Numbered from the whole stretch's first letter, positions 9,164 to 19,848 are shown. The stretch is 64,000 bases of DNA, filler included, from Chlamydiia bacterium (GCA_903848235.1; 7 parts of 7 records of this genome joined end to end with filler, not necessarily neighbours in it), one strand, 5' to 3'. A program made the numbers and translations. The notes: generated by a model not told the origin, from the sequence alone.

Positions 9164-10972
9164 CTATCGCCGGACGCTTGTCTGAATCTCTTTGAGTTTT
9201 CGCTCGAGTTGTGCAAGCCGCCGCGGAAAGACAGTGTTAAAATTCGTCGCTAGTCGAGTGTATTCGGCATGTGATGCATCATATGGAGGTATCGAGTCGT
9301 GCTCGAAAATTGCTGCTTGAAACGCAACCTCTTCTTTGAACTGATGGATCTCGTGTAGAAGTAATTGAGAGTGTTGAGTCTCGGCCCCCTTCTTTTTGAG
9401 GAGACTTCGAGCTCCTTCTTCAGCAATTTCGAGCCGATGTAAGAGAGAGACTCTCTTGTGTTCTAGTTGGATCGAATCCTCTTGAAGTTCTTTGAGGCCC
9501 AGGCGGTCGAAGTCTTTCTTCTGAAAACGAAGGGAAGCACCTGCTGTTGCCTCATCAAACTCACGGCGCATAGCACAGCCCAAGCGATACTTTGTGAGGC
9601 TGTGTCGAAAGACGGTCTCTCCAAATCGTGTTTTCGATTCCAGAATACGAAAAGCTCCTTTTGGATACGAAGCTTTGCTGCGTACGAGTTCTTGTGCGTC
9701 TTCAAACTGGCGGAGAAGTTGCTGTTGTGCCACAGGAGATAGCTGTTCAAAATCTTCTCTGTCGTGCACTTTTGCATCGACAAGATTGAGAATGCCTATT
9801 TCCTTGCCGGCGCTCTCGACCTTTTCAGCTTCATCTTCGAGGGTATTCCAGACTAAGGACGTGGCGGTTTCAACAACAACGTTTTTCATCTCTTGCTGGA
9901 AACGTTGTAAGCTCTGCTCGTACTGTGCGACGATCAGAGGTGTTGTTGGTTCAGGAAATCGGAGAATCTCCACGGCGATTTTTTGAAGAGGCTCGAGAGC
10001 TGATTCACGGAGGATGCCTCCCAACTGTTGGGGGAGGGCTGTGATTTGCGCGATCAACTCCTGGGCTGTCGCATGCACTCCTTGTGCGGCTCCTTCTTCC
10101 GGAGTTCTTTCAGCGGAAGTCTCTTGTAAGGCACGAAGAAGAGCGAGAAGAGACAGCGCTACGGATCCCGCCTGTTGGAATAATAAGAGTTCTTTTTCTG
10201 TAAACCCTTCTCGAATGCCTTTAGAGAGGAGGATGGAAAGAGCACGATCGATATGTGTTGCTGATTTTTCAGATGTTTGGGCTTTTTTTAGCTCTTTGAG
10301 CAAGTTTTGAAAGGCTTTTACTAATATTGTAGATTGATTGATGAGTTTTCTTTCGTGATCTATAATTCGAGAGGTTGGTGTTGCAATATGAGCTCGAGGA
10401 GCTTTGCTGGACTGTGCTTCTTCAAAAGCCTCTGTGAGCATTTTCATGGCAGGAATGAGATCGCGTGCAGCAGAAAGAATAGGACGTTCTTTCTGCTCTA
10501 GTATTCGGCTTCGAGAGACTTGGAGCCGTGCTGACGCAGCACGCACCTGATGGATGATTGAAAGTCTATTGAGAATGTCAGTTTTGATCTGTTCTTCAGA
10601 CTTTTCGGGTGATGCATTTCTTTCAGCAAGTTTATCTGACAGTCTTTGCACCACCAATTCATATGTGTCGCAGCATTCCAGAAGGGTTTCCTGATGTTCT
10701 TCAGGAACGTCTCCGTGGCCTAGCTCGATGAGTGCAGTTTCAAATATGCTTCGTATGCTTTCAAGAATTTCTCTGCAATCTTCAGGAGCTTTTTCAGCAA
10801 GTGCAGAGAGTCGATCTGCTTGAACTGTGCGTGCCGTTTCTTCAATATCCCGAAAAAAAGTCCGTCCGGCTTGCTCGGTTTTTGCTTCAAGTGCTGTTTT
10901 GGGAAGCCTGTTGAATAAGCCAAGCACGGCTAGCGCTGCGGCTCCCTGTGGTAGACCTTCGACTGATGACAT
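9164..10972 (-). CDS. hypothetical helical/coiled-coil protein
   Basis: 602-aa ORF rich in E/L/A/Q; GAGGAG SD upstream of ATG. Confidence 0.75.
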   Translation of the reverse strand: MSSVEGLPQGAAALAVLGLFNRLPKTALEAKTEQAGRTFFRDIEETARTVQADRLSALAEKAPEDCREILESIRSIFETALIELGHGDVPEEHQETLLECCDTYELVVQRLSDKLAERNASPEKSEEQIKTDILNRLSIIHQVRAASARLQVSRSRILEQKERPILSAARDLIPAMKMLTEAFEEAQSSKAPRAHIATPTSRIIDHERKLINQSTILVKAFQNLLKELKKAQTSEKSATHIDRALSILLSKGIREGFTEKELLLFQQAGSVALSLLALLRALQETSAERTPEEGAAQGVHATAQELIAQITALPQQLGGILRESALEPLQKIAVEILRFPEPTTPLIVAQYEQSLQRFQQEMKNVVVETATSLVWNTLEDEAEKVESAGKEIGILNLVDAKVHDREDFEQLSPVAQQQLLRQFEDAQELVRSKASYPKGAFRILESKTRFGETVFRHSLTKYRLGCAMRREFDEATAGASLRFQKKDFDRLGLKELQEDSIQLEHKRVSLLHRLEIAEEGARSLLKKKGAETQHSQLLLHEIHQFKEEVAFQAAIFEHDSIPPYDASHAEYTRLATNFNTVFPRRLAQLERKLKEIQTSVRR

Positions 10973-11306
10973 AATACTCCTCGAGCGCGGTGAATTTACC
11001 GTGCCTATGTTGCAATTTCATTCTTGCACATATACTTTTTTGAAAAAAAAGTATACCAATTTATGCACGATCTCTTAGTCAACAGCACGTATGAGTGAAG
11101 CTCCGCATCACTCGTAAGAAAATTTTCAGCTAAAATTGTCATTTTGCCGGCATCGTTATGGAGGAAAAATATTTAAATTGTCGAAATTTGGCAGCATTAG
11201 CGAAGGCGATCTAAATATCTACCGCTTATTGGTAAAACCGGTAGAAATTCCCGCCACTTCTATCTAAAAGTGGATAAAATCTGGATTATAACGATAGGAG
11301 ATCCGT

Positions 11307-12191
11307 ATGCTCGAAGCTCTCAAGTTGATCATAGCTGATTCACAAGAACAGAAATTGGAGCCTGGTGTTCCAAGGGACATCCAGATAGTTTCTGTTCCCG
11401 GAAAAGCTTCGGTTTGCATCGGTGTTCGACGGTGCGGAAAATCTACTCTCATGGTTCAGATTATGGAGGAGCTCCTTGCGAAGGGCGTTTCTCGAAAAAA
11501 TATTGTTTCTATCAATTTTTTCGATGATAGGCTGCACGCCTTTAAACACAATGGTCTCGATCTGATTCTATCCGCGTACTATTCGATGTATCCTGAAAAA
11601 AAGAATGATGAGAAAGTGTATTTCTTTTTCGATGAGATTCAAATGATCCCAAAATGGGAAGCGTTTATTGAAAGGATGCTTCGGACCGAGAAATGTGAGG
11701 TTTATATTAGTGGGTCCTCAGCACAGATGTTATCCAAAGAAAATGCCTCGCAAATGCGCGGCAGGGCTCTTTCAGGGGAACTATTTCCTTTCTCATTTTG
11801 TGAGTTTTTGCGCTGGAAGGAGATTGAATATCAAGGATCACTTACGTCTAAACAGCAATTTTTTATTCAGAATGCCTTCACGAAGTATTGGGAGAGGGGT
11901 GGGTTTCCAGAGGTTCGAGACGTTGCCTCAGAGATCCGAACCAAAATCCATCAAGAGTATTTCCATGCCATCTTGTTTAGGGACTTAGTCGAACGGCACG
12001 ACATTGCCCATCCCAAGGCGGTAAGCGATCTTGCCTATTGGCTGGCAGATAACATCGCCTCTTCGTATTCAGTCAATAAATTGTGGAGTTACCTCAAAAC
12101 TTTAGGTCATAAAGTCTCGAAGGAAGACGTCTCTTCGTATTTGGAGTGGTTTGAAGACGCGTATTTCTTTTTTTCTGTAACTGGACTTTAG
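11307..12191 (+). pseudogene. AAA+ ATPase (AAA_14/DUF4143 type), 3'-truncated by a palindromic element
   Basis: Walker A GVRRCGKS, Walker B FFDEIQ, SGSS and GGFPE; frame ends after EDAYFFFSV where the repeat begins, so the C-terminal DUF4143 domain is missing. Confidence 0.75.
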
Positions 12192-12296
12192 CATTTTTTG
12201 GGTACCGAGTTCGCAGAGGGTTGTCTCTCAGACGATTGCATTTATCATAGATCGGCCTGGGCAGGCCATCTATGATAAATGCAATCGTCTGAGAGA
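12180..12296. repeat. palindromic MITE-like element family B, copy 1 (runs into contig end)
   Basis: ACTGGACTTTAGCATTTTTTG arm and TCTCTCAGACGATTGCATTTATCATAGAT/ATCTATGATAAATGCAATCGTCTGAGAGA palindrome; second copy at 61060-61171 in the opposite orientation. Confidence 0.85.
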
Positions 12297-12396
12297 NNNN
12301 NNNNNNNNNNNNNNNNNNNNNNNNNNNNNNNNNNNNNNNNTTAATTAATTAANNNNNNNNNNNNNNNNNNNNNNNNNNNNNNNNNNNNNNNNNNNN
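12297..12396. other. artificial contig spacer
   Basis: 100 bp of N with central TTAATTAATTAA (stops in all frames). Confidence 0.97.
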
Positions 12397-12623
12397 GATA
12401 TCGCCACAAGATTTCAGTCATCGCCGAGCTCGACAAGGTTCTCAAACTGCTTTTGTTAGAACAAAAACTGCCGGAGAGATATAGAGATCACGGATTAGTC
12501 GGCGACTATAAAGGCATGCGGGAATGCCATATTGAACCAGACGTCTTGGAGGTCTATTCAATAGACGAAAAAAATCATACTCTCTTTCTAGAACGAATCG
12601 GCGCACACTCTGAGTTATTTTAG
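12397..12623 (+). CDS. yafQ: YafQ-family type II toxin (mRNA interferase), 5'-partial; absent from the ORF track
   Basis: Manual translation: YRHKISVIAELDKVLKLLLLEQKLPERYRDHGLVGDYKGMRECHIEPDVLEVYSIDEKNHTLFLERIGAHSELF*; DH.L.G, ECHI.PD and RIG.HSELF are YafQ hallmarks. Confidence 0.9.
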
Positions 12624-12764
12624 CGCGCCATGAGACTATTCTCCACAATTGATTTATAATGTAGGCGATAAGCTCAGGACCATAGTGCGGCTTCGGGAAT
12701 CGAGACCGGTTTCAAGCAAAGCTTTAACAGGAATTTTCAGTCGATTCGTTTTTTGACGACGTGT

Positions 12765-12799
12765 GTATGTCTGCCGTCGACATCCGGCGGCAGACATAC
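12765..12799. terminator. strong hairpin downstream of oppA
   Basis: GTATGTCTGCCGTCG/CGGCGGCAGACATAC inverted repeat just beyond the oppA stop. Confidence 0.6.
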
Positions 12800-12807
12800 G
12801 AAGAAGA

Positions 12808-14415
12808 CTACTCTTCTTTTTCTATTCTTTTTAACTCCAATTGTCCGACGCCTGACATCGCTTCACCACGAACACCAGGTCGTTTTATATATTTGAAGGT
12901 ATGGAAGAAGACGGGGATAGCGGGAAACTCTTCCATAGCAAGTGCTTCTGCTTTTTTTAGGTAAGAATTTCTCTCTGTCGTGTCAAGACTCCTATCGGCA
13001 CCGTCGAGGGACTGAATAAAATCAGGATGCTCCCATCCAGTGCTATTTAGCCCTCTTCCTTTGTACCGGAAGCCTTCGAGATTGTAGGATGGATCTTGGT
13101 ACCAAGTATACCAGATGAACCACAGCAGCTGATAGTTCCCTGTATTCCAATTTTTCATCCATGTGCCCCAGTCTACAGCAAGAAGCTCTACCTTGATGCC
13201 AAGGCATTCTTGCAGCTGATGTTGCTCTGCCTCGGCAATTGCTCTGATGGTAGGGTCTGAGAAGTGGGTGATAACGATGGGAGGGTAGGTCTGCCGTGTA
13301 TATCCAAGATCACTCATCCCCTCTTCGAATAACTTCCGCGCTGCCACAGGATTGTATTCAAAGCTAGGCTTGTCTAAGAGCGACATTGAGCGGGGAACCA
13401 TGGTATAGGCAGGCGTCTCTCCCCCCTGAAGGAGTTTATCACAGAGCTCATCGCGGTTGATGGCGCAGGCGATGGCTTTTCGAATCTTCGTCGAGCGCAG
13501 GTGGGGGACTTCTGTCTGGCATAAGAACCAATGAATCCCACCGCTTGATGTTTTGATGAGTTGTCCTTTGCGGTTTAATTCATACACCATTTCTTGGGAC
13601 ATCCCTCCGAAACTATCGCCATACCAGTCGAGAGTACCCTCTTCGAACATATTATAGGCTGTCTGCGGATCTTCAACGATTGCAAAATGGATCCTTTCTG
13701 TTACTGGACTGTCGACATCACGATAGAAAGGGTTTTTTTCGATAGTGATATGCGACTTAATTTTGCGATCTTTGAGAATATAGGGGCCATTACAGACAAA
13801 CTCTGGGTATACCCCTGCAGACCATTTTGGGTTTTCCTTTGCAACAGCACTGCATATTGGAGCAAAGATAGGAAGGGTGAGGAATTCTAAGAAATATGGT
13901 GCTGGATGTTCTAAGGTGAGTTCAAGGGTGAGCGGGTCAATAGCTCTGACCCCAAGTTCCTCAATGGAGCACTCATTGAGAAGCACTTTCTTCGAGTTTT
14001 TGATGAGGAAGAGAGCAAAAGAGCCTGTCGTCGATGTAGAGTGGTCTAAGATGCTCTTATATGTCCATTCAAAGTCATTGGCTGTAACGTCAAGACCGTT
14101 AGACCATTTGGAAGGGTGGAGGTGAAAGGTATATACTGTCTTGTCATCAGAAATGGAAACGGACTGCGCTACAGCGAGCTCTGGTTTGCCATTCTTATCA
14201 ATCCTCATAAGCCCTTCAAAAAGCTCGCGGTTGACCTGAACGGCACGTCGATCATACCCTACCCTGGGATCTAAGGACGTAACGTCGGCTTGTAAGTAGA
14301 GATTGAGGTCTTTTGCCTTCTCCTTTGGCTTTGCTGGTGCTGTAGAACACCCTGTTGCTGCAATACATGTAAATGCCACTAACAACCATAAGGGAACAAT
14401 AGATGTCGTCTTCAT
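12808..14415 (-). CDS. oppA: peptide ABC transporter substrate-binding lipoprotein (SBP family 5)
   Basis: Lipobox-like AATGC; SLDPR, LFEGLMR, SDDKTVYTFHL..KWSNG, CNGPY, KNPFY and IRKAIACAINR. Confidence 0.93.
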   Translation of the reverse strand: MKTTSIVPLWLLVAFTCIAATGCSTAPAKPKEKAKDLNLYLQADVTSLDPRVGYDRRAVQVNRELFEGLMRIDKNGKPELAVAQSVSISDDKTVYTFHLHPSKWSNGLDVTANDFEWTYKSILDHSTSTTGSFALFLIKNSKKVLLNECSIEELGVRAIDPLTLELTLEHPAPYFLEFLTLPIFAPICSAVAKENPKWSAGVYPEFVCNGPYILKDRKIKSHITIEKNPFYRDVDSPVTERIHFAIVEDPQTAYNMFEEGTLDWYGDSFGGMSQEMVYELNRKGQLIKTSSGGIHWFLCQTEVPHLRSTKIRKAIACAINRDELCDKLLQGGETPAYTMVPRSMSLLDKPSFEYNPVAARKLFEEGMSDLGYTRQTYPPIVITHFSDPTIRAIAEAEQHQLQECLGIKVELLAVDWGTWMKNWNTGNYQLLWFIWYTWYQDPSYNLEGFRYKGRGLNSTGWEHPDFIQSLDGADRSLDTTERNSYLKKAEALAMEEFPAIPVFFHTFKYIKRPGVRGEAMSGVGQLELKRIEKEE

Positions 14416-14417
14416 CG

Positions 14418-17400
14418 TTAACGATTACCTCCAGATACATTCGTTTTTCGGGGCACTGCTTGTGAGCTCTGGCTAGTTCTTGCAAGCCACTTCAATTCCA
14501 TTAATCCTACCGGTGAGACGGCCTCTCCTATAATATCAGGAGCTTTTGCATAGCTTCCCATCTGATAGAAGATAGGAATCACTGGTAATTCATTCATGAC
14601 AAGAGCTTCCGCCTGCTTGAAATACTCCTGTCGCTGCACTCTATCTTGTGTGGTGTCGGAGAGCTCAAGAAGTCGGATATACTCAGGGTTTTCCCATGCC
14701 GTTCCATTTATGCCGATATTCTTGTGCTTTATAAATTGGAGTGTGAATACAGGGTCGTGGCACCAGGCAAACCAGGATATCATCGCCATTTGAAAGTTCC
14801 CCTCAGAGTAGCGCTTCAAAAAGGTACTCCAGTCGAGAAGGCATGAGACGACCTGTATGTTAAGAACGCGCTTGAGCTGCTTTTGCACTATTTTCACGGT
14901 TGCCTTCACCGTAGGGTCGGACCAGTGGGTAATGACCAAACAGGGAAATGTGTTTTTTGTCATTCCTATCTCTGCTAGCCCTTCTTCAAAAAGACGGACT
15001 GCAGTTTCTGGTGCGTTGTCTTCAAAGGCCTTTGTACCAATCTGTGTCATGAAGCTAGGGAGGAGGGAGAAGGCGGGAGTTCGCAGTACTGCCTCGCAAA
15101 TCTCTGCTCTATTGATGGCGTGGGCAATGGCCTTGCGAATCTTCAGAGATTGCAGATGGGGGATGTCAGTGCGGCATGCGAGTAACGTCGTTCCTCCTCC
15201 TTGCCGCTGAATTAAAGAGTTTCGCGACTGGTTTATGAGATATCCTTCGCGGGACATATTCCCACAGGGGTCTCCATACCAGTCAAGTTCGCCTAATTCG
15301 AACATGTGAAGCGCTTCCTGGGGGTCTTTGATGATGCGAAATGATAAACGCTCACTCTTTGCGCCATCAGAGTCCCAGTACAAAGGATTTTTTTCCAATA
15401 CAATGTGCGCCTTTGGGGAATAGGCTTTTAGAATGAAGGGGCCATTACTCACATATTTAGGAAAGAGCTCTGATGACCAACGGGGGTTGGCGGTGGCACT
15501 GGATTTGCACACTGGGGAGTAGATAGGATTAGATGTAAGCTCCAGAAAATAGGGGACAGGGCGCTCAAGGGTGATTTCCAGCGTCCTTTTATCGCGTGCT
15601 ACAATGCCGATGTCATCAGGGGAGCACTCGCCTCTGCTGGCTTTCTGTGCATTTTTGATGGAGAAGAAGGCATAGGAAAATGACGTTGAAAACGAGGGGG
15701 ACAGTGCTGCCTTGATGGCCCATACAAAATCATCAGCGGTGAGTTCGGATCCATTTGACCACAGAGACTCTCTGAGGTGAAAGGTATATATCTTCTGATC
15801 CGCAGAAATAAAAACAGACTCTGCTACTCCGTATTCGACGTTGCCATCCTTCCCGATTCTCATGAGTCCTTCGTACAGCTCGCGGGTGATGATCTGCGTT
15901 CTCTTGTCGCCGCCGATCCTTGGATCAAAGGAGATGGGTGTTGACTGAAGGTAGAGCCGGATCTCATTCGTTGGCAACAGAGGGGGGTGAAGCAGAGAAA
16001 TATCGTCAGCAGAGGGTTCTACAGTGGCATGGCATGGCTGAGAAAAGGTAGTCCATTTGAAGTCGACATTGCCAAGGTGTGAGACATAAATGTTGTCGAC
16101 ATGCTCATTTTTTAGATATCGAGAGTTGTAGTCAAAAACTGGGACTACGGGCATCTCATGCAATAGCATCTCTTCGGCGGTCTTGAGAAGGCTATTTCTG
16201 GTGGTGGTGTCCATCTCAAGATCTGCTTTGTCAAGGAGCCTGGCATACTCTTCTCCTGACCAGCGTGAGGAGTTCATAGAACTTGTCTTCGACCGAAAAA
16301 TCCCTAGGCTATAGATGGGGTCTTTGTACCATGAGTACCAGACATGGCCGAGGATATCGTGCGACGTGCCGCCAAGCCTTTCGAAAAATTCATTCCAACT
16401 TAAAACATCTAAGACAAAAGATAAGCCAAAAGCCTTTTCCCAGGCATTAATGACAGCTCGTGCTATGGTCTTATGGGGCTCGCGATCGTAGACCACCATT
16501 GTCAGTGGTTTTAAAATAGAATCTGTAAGTCCCTGCTCTTCCATCCCCTCTTTAAACAACTTCTGAGCCATCTTAAGATCAAAGTCTAACGGACTTTGGC
16601 TGTCAAGTAATGAAAGGGAAGGAGGTAGGAGGCTATGGGATGCCCTTTCATCGCCGTATAGATGTTCTTTGATAATGGCGGGCCTGTTAAGGGCGTAGGA
16701 CAATGCTCGTCGTACTTTCGCCGATCTAAATGGTGGATGCTGTACGTTGAAGTCATACCACTGCACGGCAGCCATGGGGTTTGTACGGACTCTTGGGTGG
16801 CGTTGTTTGAAGAGATAGAGCGGCATCTCTGATAGCGGCTCTCCAAGCCAATCCAGTTCTCCTTGCTCAAAGAGCTGGAGAGCTACTAGAGGATCTTCGA
16901 TAACTTTGATGTCGATGTGTTTGATGGAAACTTTTTCTTTATCCCAATAGTGCTCGTTTTTCTCTAATTGAATGCCGCTGTTTTGACTCCATTTTGTTAG
17001 CTTAAATGGCCCATTGCAGACGTAGGTACGATCTCCAAAATAGGCCCATCCTGGGTGGTTTTTATCAATGTCTTTGCACAGCGGTGAGTAGATCCACAGG
17101 CAGCAAAGTTCGAGAAAATAGGGGCACGGCTTTTCGAGGTCTACGATGAGCACGCGGTCACTGATGGCACGTATGCCCAACGAGTCGGTAGCGAGTCTTC
17201 CTGCTTTCACAAGACGGGCATTGAGAATAGGGAGGAGGAGGTAGTCAAAGACTGTTTTAAAAGTTGGGTCAAGGATCTTTTTCCAGGCATATTCAAAGTC
17301 GTAGGCTGTGACGCGATTGCCATTAGTCCAATATGTTGGTCGCAGCGTAAAGGTATATGTCCTTCCGTCGTCGGAGATGAGCACTTCTTCTGCTATGGCA

Positions 17401-19652
17401 TGGGTGGGATTCCCGGATTGATCTAGCCTCATGAGCCCTTCGTAGAGCATCTTGATAACAGTTCCTGACATCCTGTCAGTGCCAATGCGCGGGTCTAGGG
17501 AAGGAATTGGGCGAGAGAGGCTGAGACGAAGGGATTTTTTCTCTTTTGTCCTTTTCTTATCTCTGAGAAGCTCTTGGAGCCATTGTGTGACCTTCTCCCT
17601 CACATCGTGGTCCTGTGAGAGGAAGATGATGAAGCAAAACTGATGTCCGTCTGATGTTGTGTCGCACAACGCGAGTTCATTCTCTGCGAGATTAAAGTGC
17701 TGTTTTGCTGCAAACACCTCTTCTTTGACAAAAGATGGCGGGCACAAAAATCCGATGAAGACTTCTTTGGTATATTCTTCGACCAGAAAGTTCTTTGTTG
17801 CTTTGTGTCTTATTACTCTTCGAAGAGCGAGAAACTGCCTGAAGACGGTGACCACATGCTCTGGGCCGATGATATTTTTCATCAGCGTTGGCGATAGAGA
17901 ATGAAACAGATTCTCAATGCGTGGGAGTTCTTTTTCTTCTTCCTTTGTCAGCAGTGGTTTGATGCTTTCTAATAGCTGATGTTGCTGGTAGATGAGCCCG
18001 CCGTTTAAATCTCTCACATTTCCAAAAGCGGTCTCTATGTGGTGGACAACAGATTCTCGCGCTTTTAAAAAGTCTACAGAACGATCGCGGCGCAAAAAAT
18101 GGTCTTTATGGCACTCGACGAGAAAGACAATACCCTGTTTTACATGTTTTGTGCGCAGGGTGTCGATGACTGAAGACCGCAGTGGAACGCCCTTGGTGAT
18201 AGGAGAGATGGCAAATGACGGAAGGGGCGTCTCTTCATCCCCCACTTTGACGCTTCTGACAAGCGTGACATGAAACTCCAGTGCTGTATCTGTCTGTCCT
18301 TGAAATTGAACGATGACTTGAGGGATGTCTTTTGCTGTTCGCAGTTGCTGGCTGAGTAACAGGAAGTTTCGCAATAGATCTTCTTCATTGTGCGGGATGT
18401 CGATGCGGCTCATGACCTGTTCGATAGATGCTGACAGCTCTTGCCCTAACTCGCGTTTGAGAGTTGCTATTTCAGCAGATGTCGGCAGGGAGCCGTCATT
18501 CTTTTCTACTTCCAGATACAAAGAGAGGGCTGGGCTATCGGAGTATCGATATACATAGAATGATCTGGGGACGGCTTCTAAAGAGGGGATACACCGTTTA
18601 CATGCGAGGAGGATATGGCGATGGTCGAACTGCTCATAGGTAGACAGGGAATGCAGGGAGATGACAAGGCAGATGACATCCTTAGTGCCAAAGGGAAACT
18701 GCAGCTTTGACCGAAATACACGGTAGTAAAACCACTTTTCGTCCCCTGGTGCAGAAGAGCGGTGAGAGTGCTTTTCCTTGAGCCAGAGGTGCGAGCGAGG
18801 AAGTTTGAGCAGATGCGATGGTGTTCGAAGCTTATGAAAGTCATCGTCGATTGCGAGGAGAAACCGTTGTAATTCGTTGAGAAATGCTGAGGGCGTTGAG
18901 GAAGAAGGACGCGAGAGGGCGGCTGTTAACTCGTCTTTGAGAAGAGGCGATGACTTCTGAGGGATTGTTGCAAGAGCTGTCACCATCTGCTGGTAGACAG
19001 CAGGCTGTCTGATAGCAAGAAAGATCTGTTGGCGTATCAGGGAGGTCTGTGCGTTGAGAGAACAAGAGCCATTCTTCCGTAGACTATTGGCAACAAGAGG
19101 CTGATGTGGATGATAGGAAGGGCTTTCTCGTTCTAAGGCAACAGCGTTGTAGATGAAGAGAAAGGAGCGTGAGAGAAAGGCATCTACAGTAAACAGAATG
19201 CGAGAGATAGAAAACGATGATGGGATGGCTTCTGGTGGAAGCAGCGCAGAGATCAAATCGGGGCTGCAGCTCATCAGTTCAGGGGTGCTCTCAGTGATGC
19301 AGCTGACTTTTATGATGGACTGACCGTCATCGGATGAGGAGCAGAAGACAATAGGAAGTCCGGCCTGTAACTGGTGGAGGCCTCCTTGCACCATCTCCTC
19401 TATGAGTCCTTGATACTCACAGGCGCCCCCTCCAGAGATTGAGGCGGGGAAGGTGATGTGCACATCATTTTTTTCTCTGTGGCGGATGCCGAGGGGGTTG
19501 GGGGGAGCAGAAAAGAGATCAGCAGAAGGGATGATGCCTTCTTTGATGTGGTGAGGGGGAAGAGGTTCAGTGGTCGTCTTCTGTAGGTCCATCAGACGAT
19601 ATCTCGTATTATGTTCATCTCTTGAAAAAATCAGGTTTGTACGTTGATACAT
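14418..19652 (-). CDS. large fusion protein: ~700-aa unknown N-terminal region plus two tandem OppA-like (SBP_bac_5) domains; true start may be ATG at 19592
   Basis: Two full sets of DPRIG / YEGLMR / YTF.LR..W.NG / NGPF.L / EKN..YWD motifs; no signal peptide; TTGACT-17-TATCAA promoter-like sequence overlaps the first ATG. Confidence 0.85.
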   Translation of the reverse strand: MYQRTNLIFSRDEHNTRYRLMDLQKTTTEPLPPHHIKEGIIPSADLFSAPPNPLGIRHREKNDVHITFPASISGGGACEYQGLIEEMVQGGLHQLQAGLPIVFCSSSDDGQSIIKVSCITESTPELMSCSPDLISALLPPEAIPSSFSISRILFTVDAFLSRSFLFIYNAVALERESPSYHPHQPLVANSLRKNGSCSLNAQTSLIRQQIFLAIRQPAVYQQMVTALATIPQKSSPLLKDELTAALSRPSSSTPSAFLNELQRFLLAIDDDFHKLRTPSHLLKLPRSHLWLKEKHSHRSSAPGDEKWFYYRVFRSKLQFPFGTKDVICLVISLHSLSTYEQFDHRHILLACKRCIPSLEAVPRSFYVYRYSDSPALSLYLEVEKNDGSLPTSAEIATLKRELGQELSASIEQVMSRIDIPHNEEDLLRNFLLLSQQLRTAKDIPQVIVQFQGQTDTALEFHVTLVRSVKVGDEETPLPSFAISPITKGVPLRSSVIDTLRTKHVKQGIVFLVECHKDHFLRRDRSVDFLKARESVVHHIETAFGNVRDLNGGLIYQQHQLLESIKPLLTKEEEKELPRIENLFHSLSPTLMKNIIGPEHVVTVFRQFLALRRVIRHKATKNFLVEEYTKEVFIGFLCPPSFVKEEVFAAKQHFNLAENELALCDTTSDGHQFCFIIFLSQDHDVREKVTQWLQELLRDKKRTKEKKSLRLSLSRPIPSLDPRIGTDRMSGTVIKMLYEGLMRLDQSGNPTHAIAEEVLISDDGRTYTFTLRPTYWTNGNRVTAYDFEYAWKKILDPTFKTVFDYLLLPILNARLVKAGRLATDSLGIRAISDRVLIVDLEKPCPYFLELCCLWIYSPLCKDIDKNHPGWAYFGDRTYVCNGPFKLTKWSQNSGIQLEKNEHYWDKEKVSIKHIDIKVIEDPLVALQLFEQGELDWLGEPLSEMPLYLFKQRHPRVRTNPMAAVQWYDFNVQHPPFRSAKVRRALSYALNRPAIIKEHLYGDERASHSLLPPSLSLLDSQSPLDFDLKMAQKLFKEGMEEQGLTDSILKPLTMVVYDREPHKTIARAVINAWEKAFGLSFVLDVLSWNEFFERLGGTSHDILGHVWYSWYKDPIYSLGIFRSKTSSMNSSRWSGEEYARLLDKADLEMDTTTRNSLLKTAEEMLLHEMPVVPVFDYNSRYLKNEHVDNIYVSHLGNVDFKWTTFSQPCHATVEPSADDISLLHPPLLPTNEIRLYLQSTPISFDPRIGGDKRTQIITRELYEGLMRIGKDGNVEYGVAESVFISADQKIYTFHLRESLWSNGSELTADDFVWAIKAALSPSFSTSFSYAFFSIKNAQKASRGECSPDDIGIVARDKRTLEITLERPVPYFLELTSNPIYSPVCKSSATANPRWSSELFPKYVSNGPFILKAYSPKAHIVLEKNPLYWDSDGAKSERLSFRIIKDPQEALHMFELGELDWYGDPCGNMSREGYLINQSRNSLIQRQGGGTTLLACRTDIPHLQSLKIRKAIAHAINRAEICEAVLRTPAFSLLPSFMTQIGTKAFEDNAPETAVRLFEEGLAEIGMTKNTFPCLVITHWSDPTVKATVKIVQKQLKRVLNIQVVSCLLDWSTFLKRYSEGNFQMAMISWFAWCHDPVFTLQFIKHKNIGINGTAWENPEYIRLLELSDTTQDRVQRQEYFKQAEALVMNELPVIPIFYQMGSYAKAPDIIGEAVSPVGLMELKWLARTSQSSQAVPRKTNVSGGNR

Positions 19653-19848
19653 CAGGGGGCTGGTGAAGTCAATGGTTGTTTTGCGGGCAAACAGTCGTAT
19701 AATTGTGGTGCTTTTCTACTCGAGATCTACTATTAGATCGTGCCTGATGCTGATTGTTGCGAAAATGATTTAATAGAAAACAATTAGAAAATTGCGCGAA
19801 AAAAGTTTGTTATAAAACTTCTATGGTGTCGCTGGACTCTTGCCTGTA

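Noticed and set aside
12297..12396. TTAATTAATTAA motif within N-runs, recurring six times
   Set aside because: Identical 100-bp artificial contig linkers, not a biological repeat; gene adjacency across them is meaningless.
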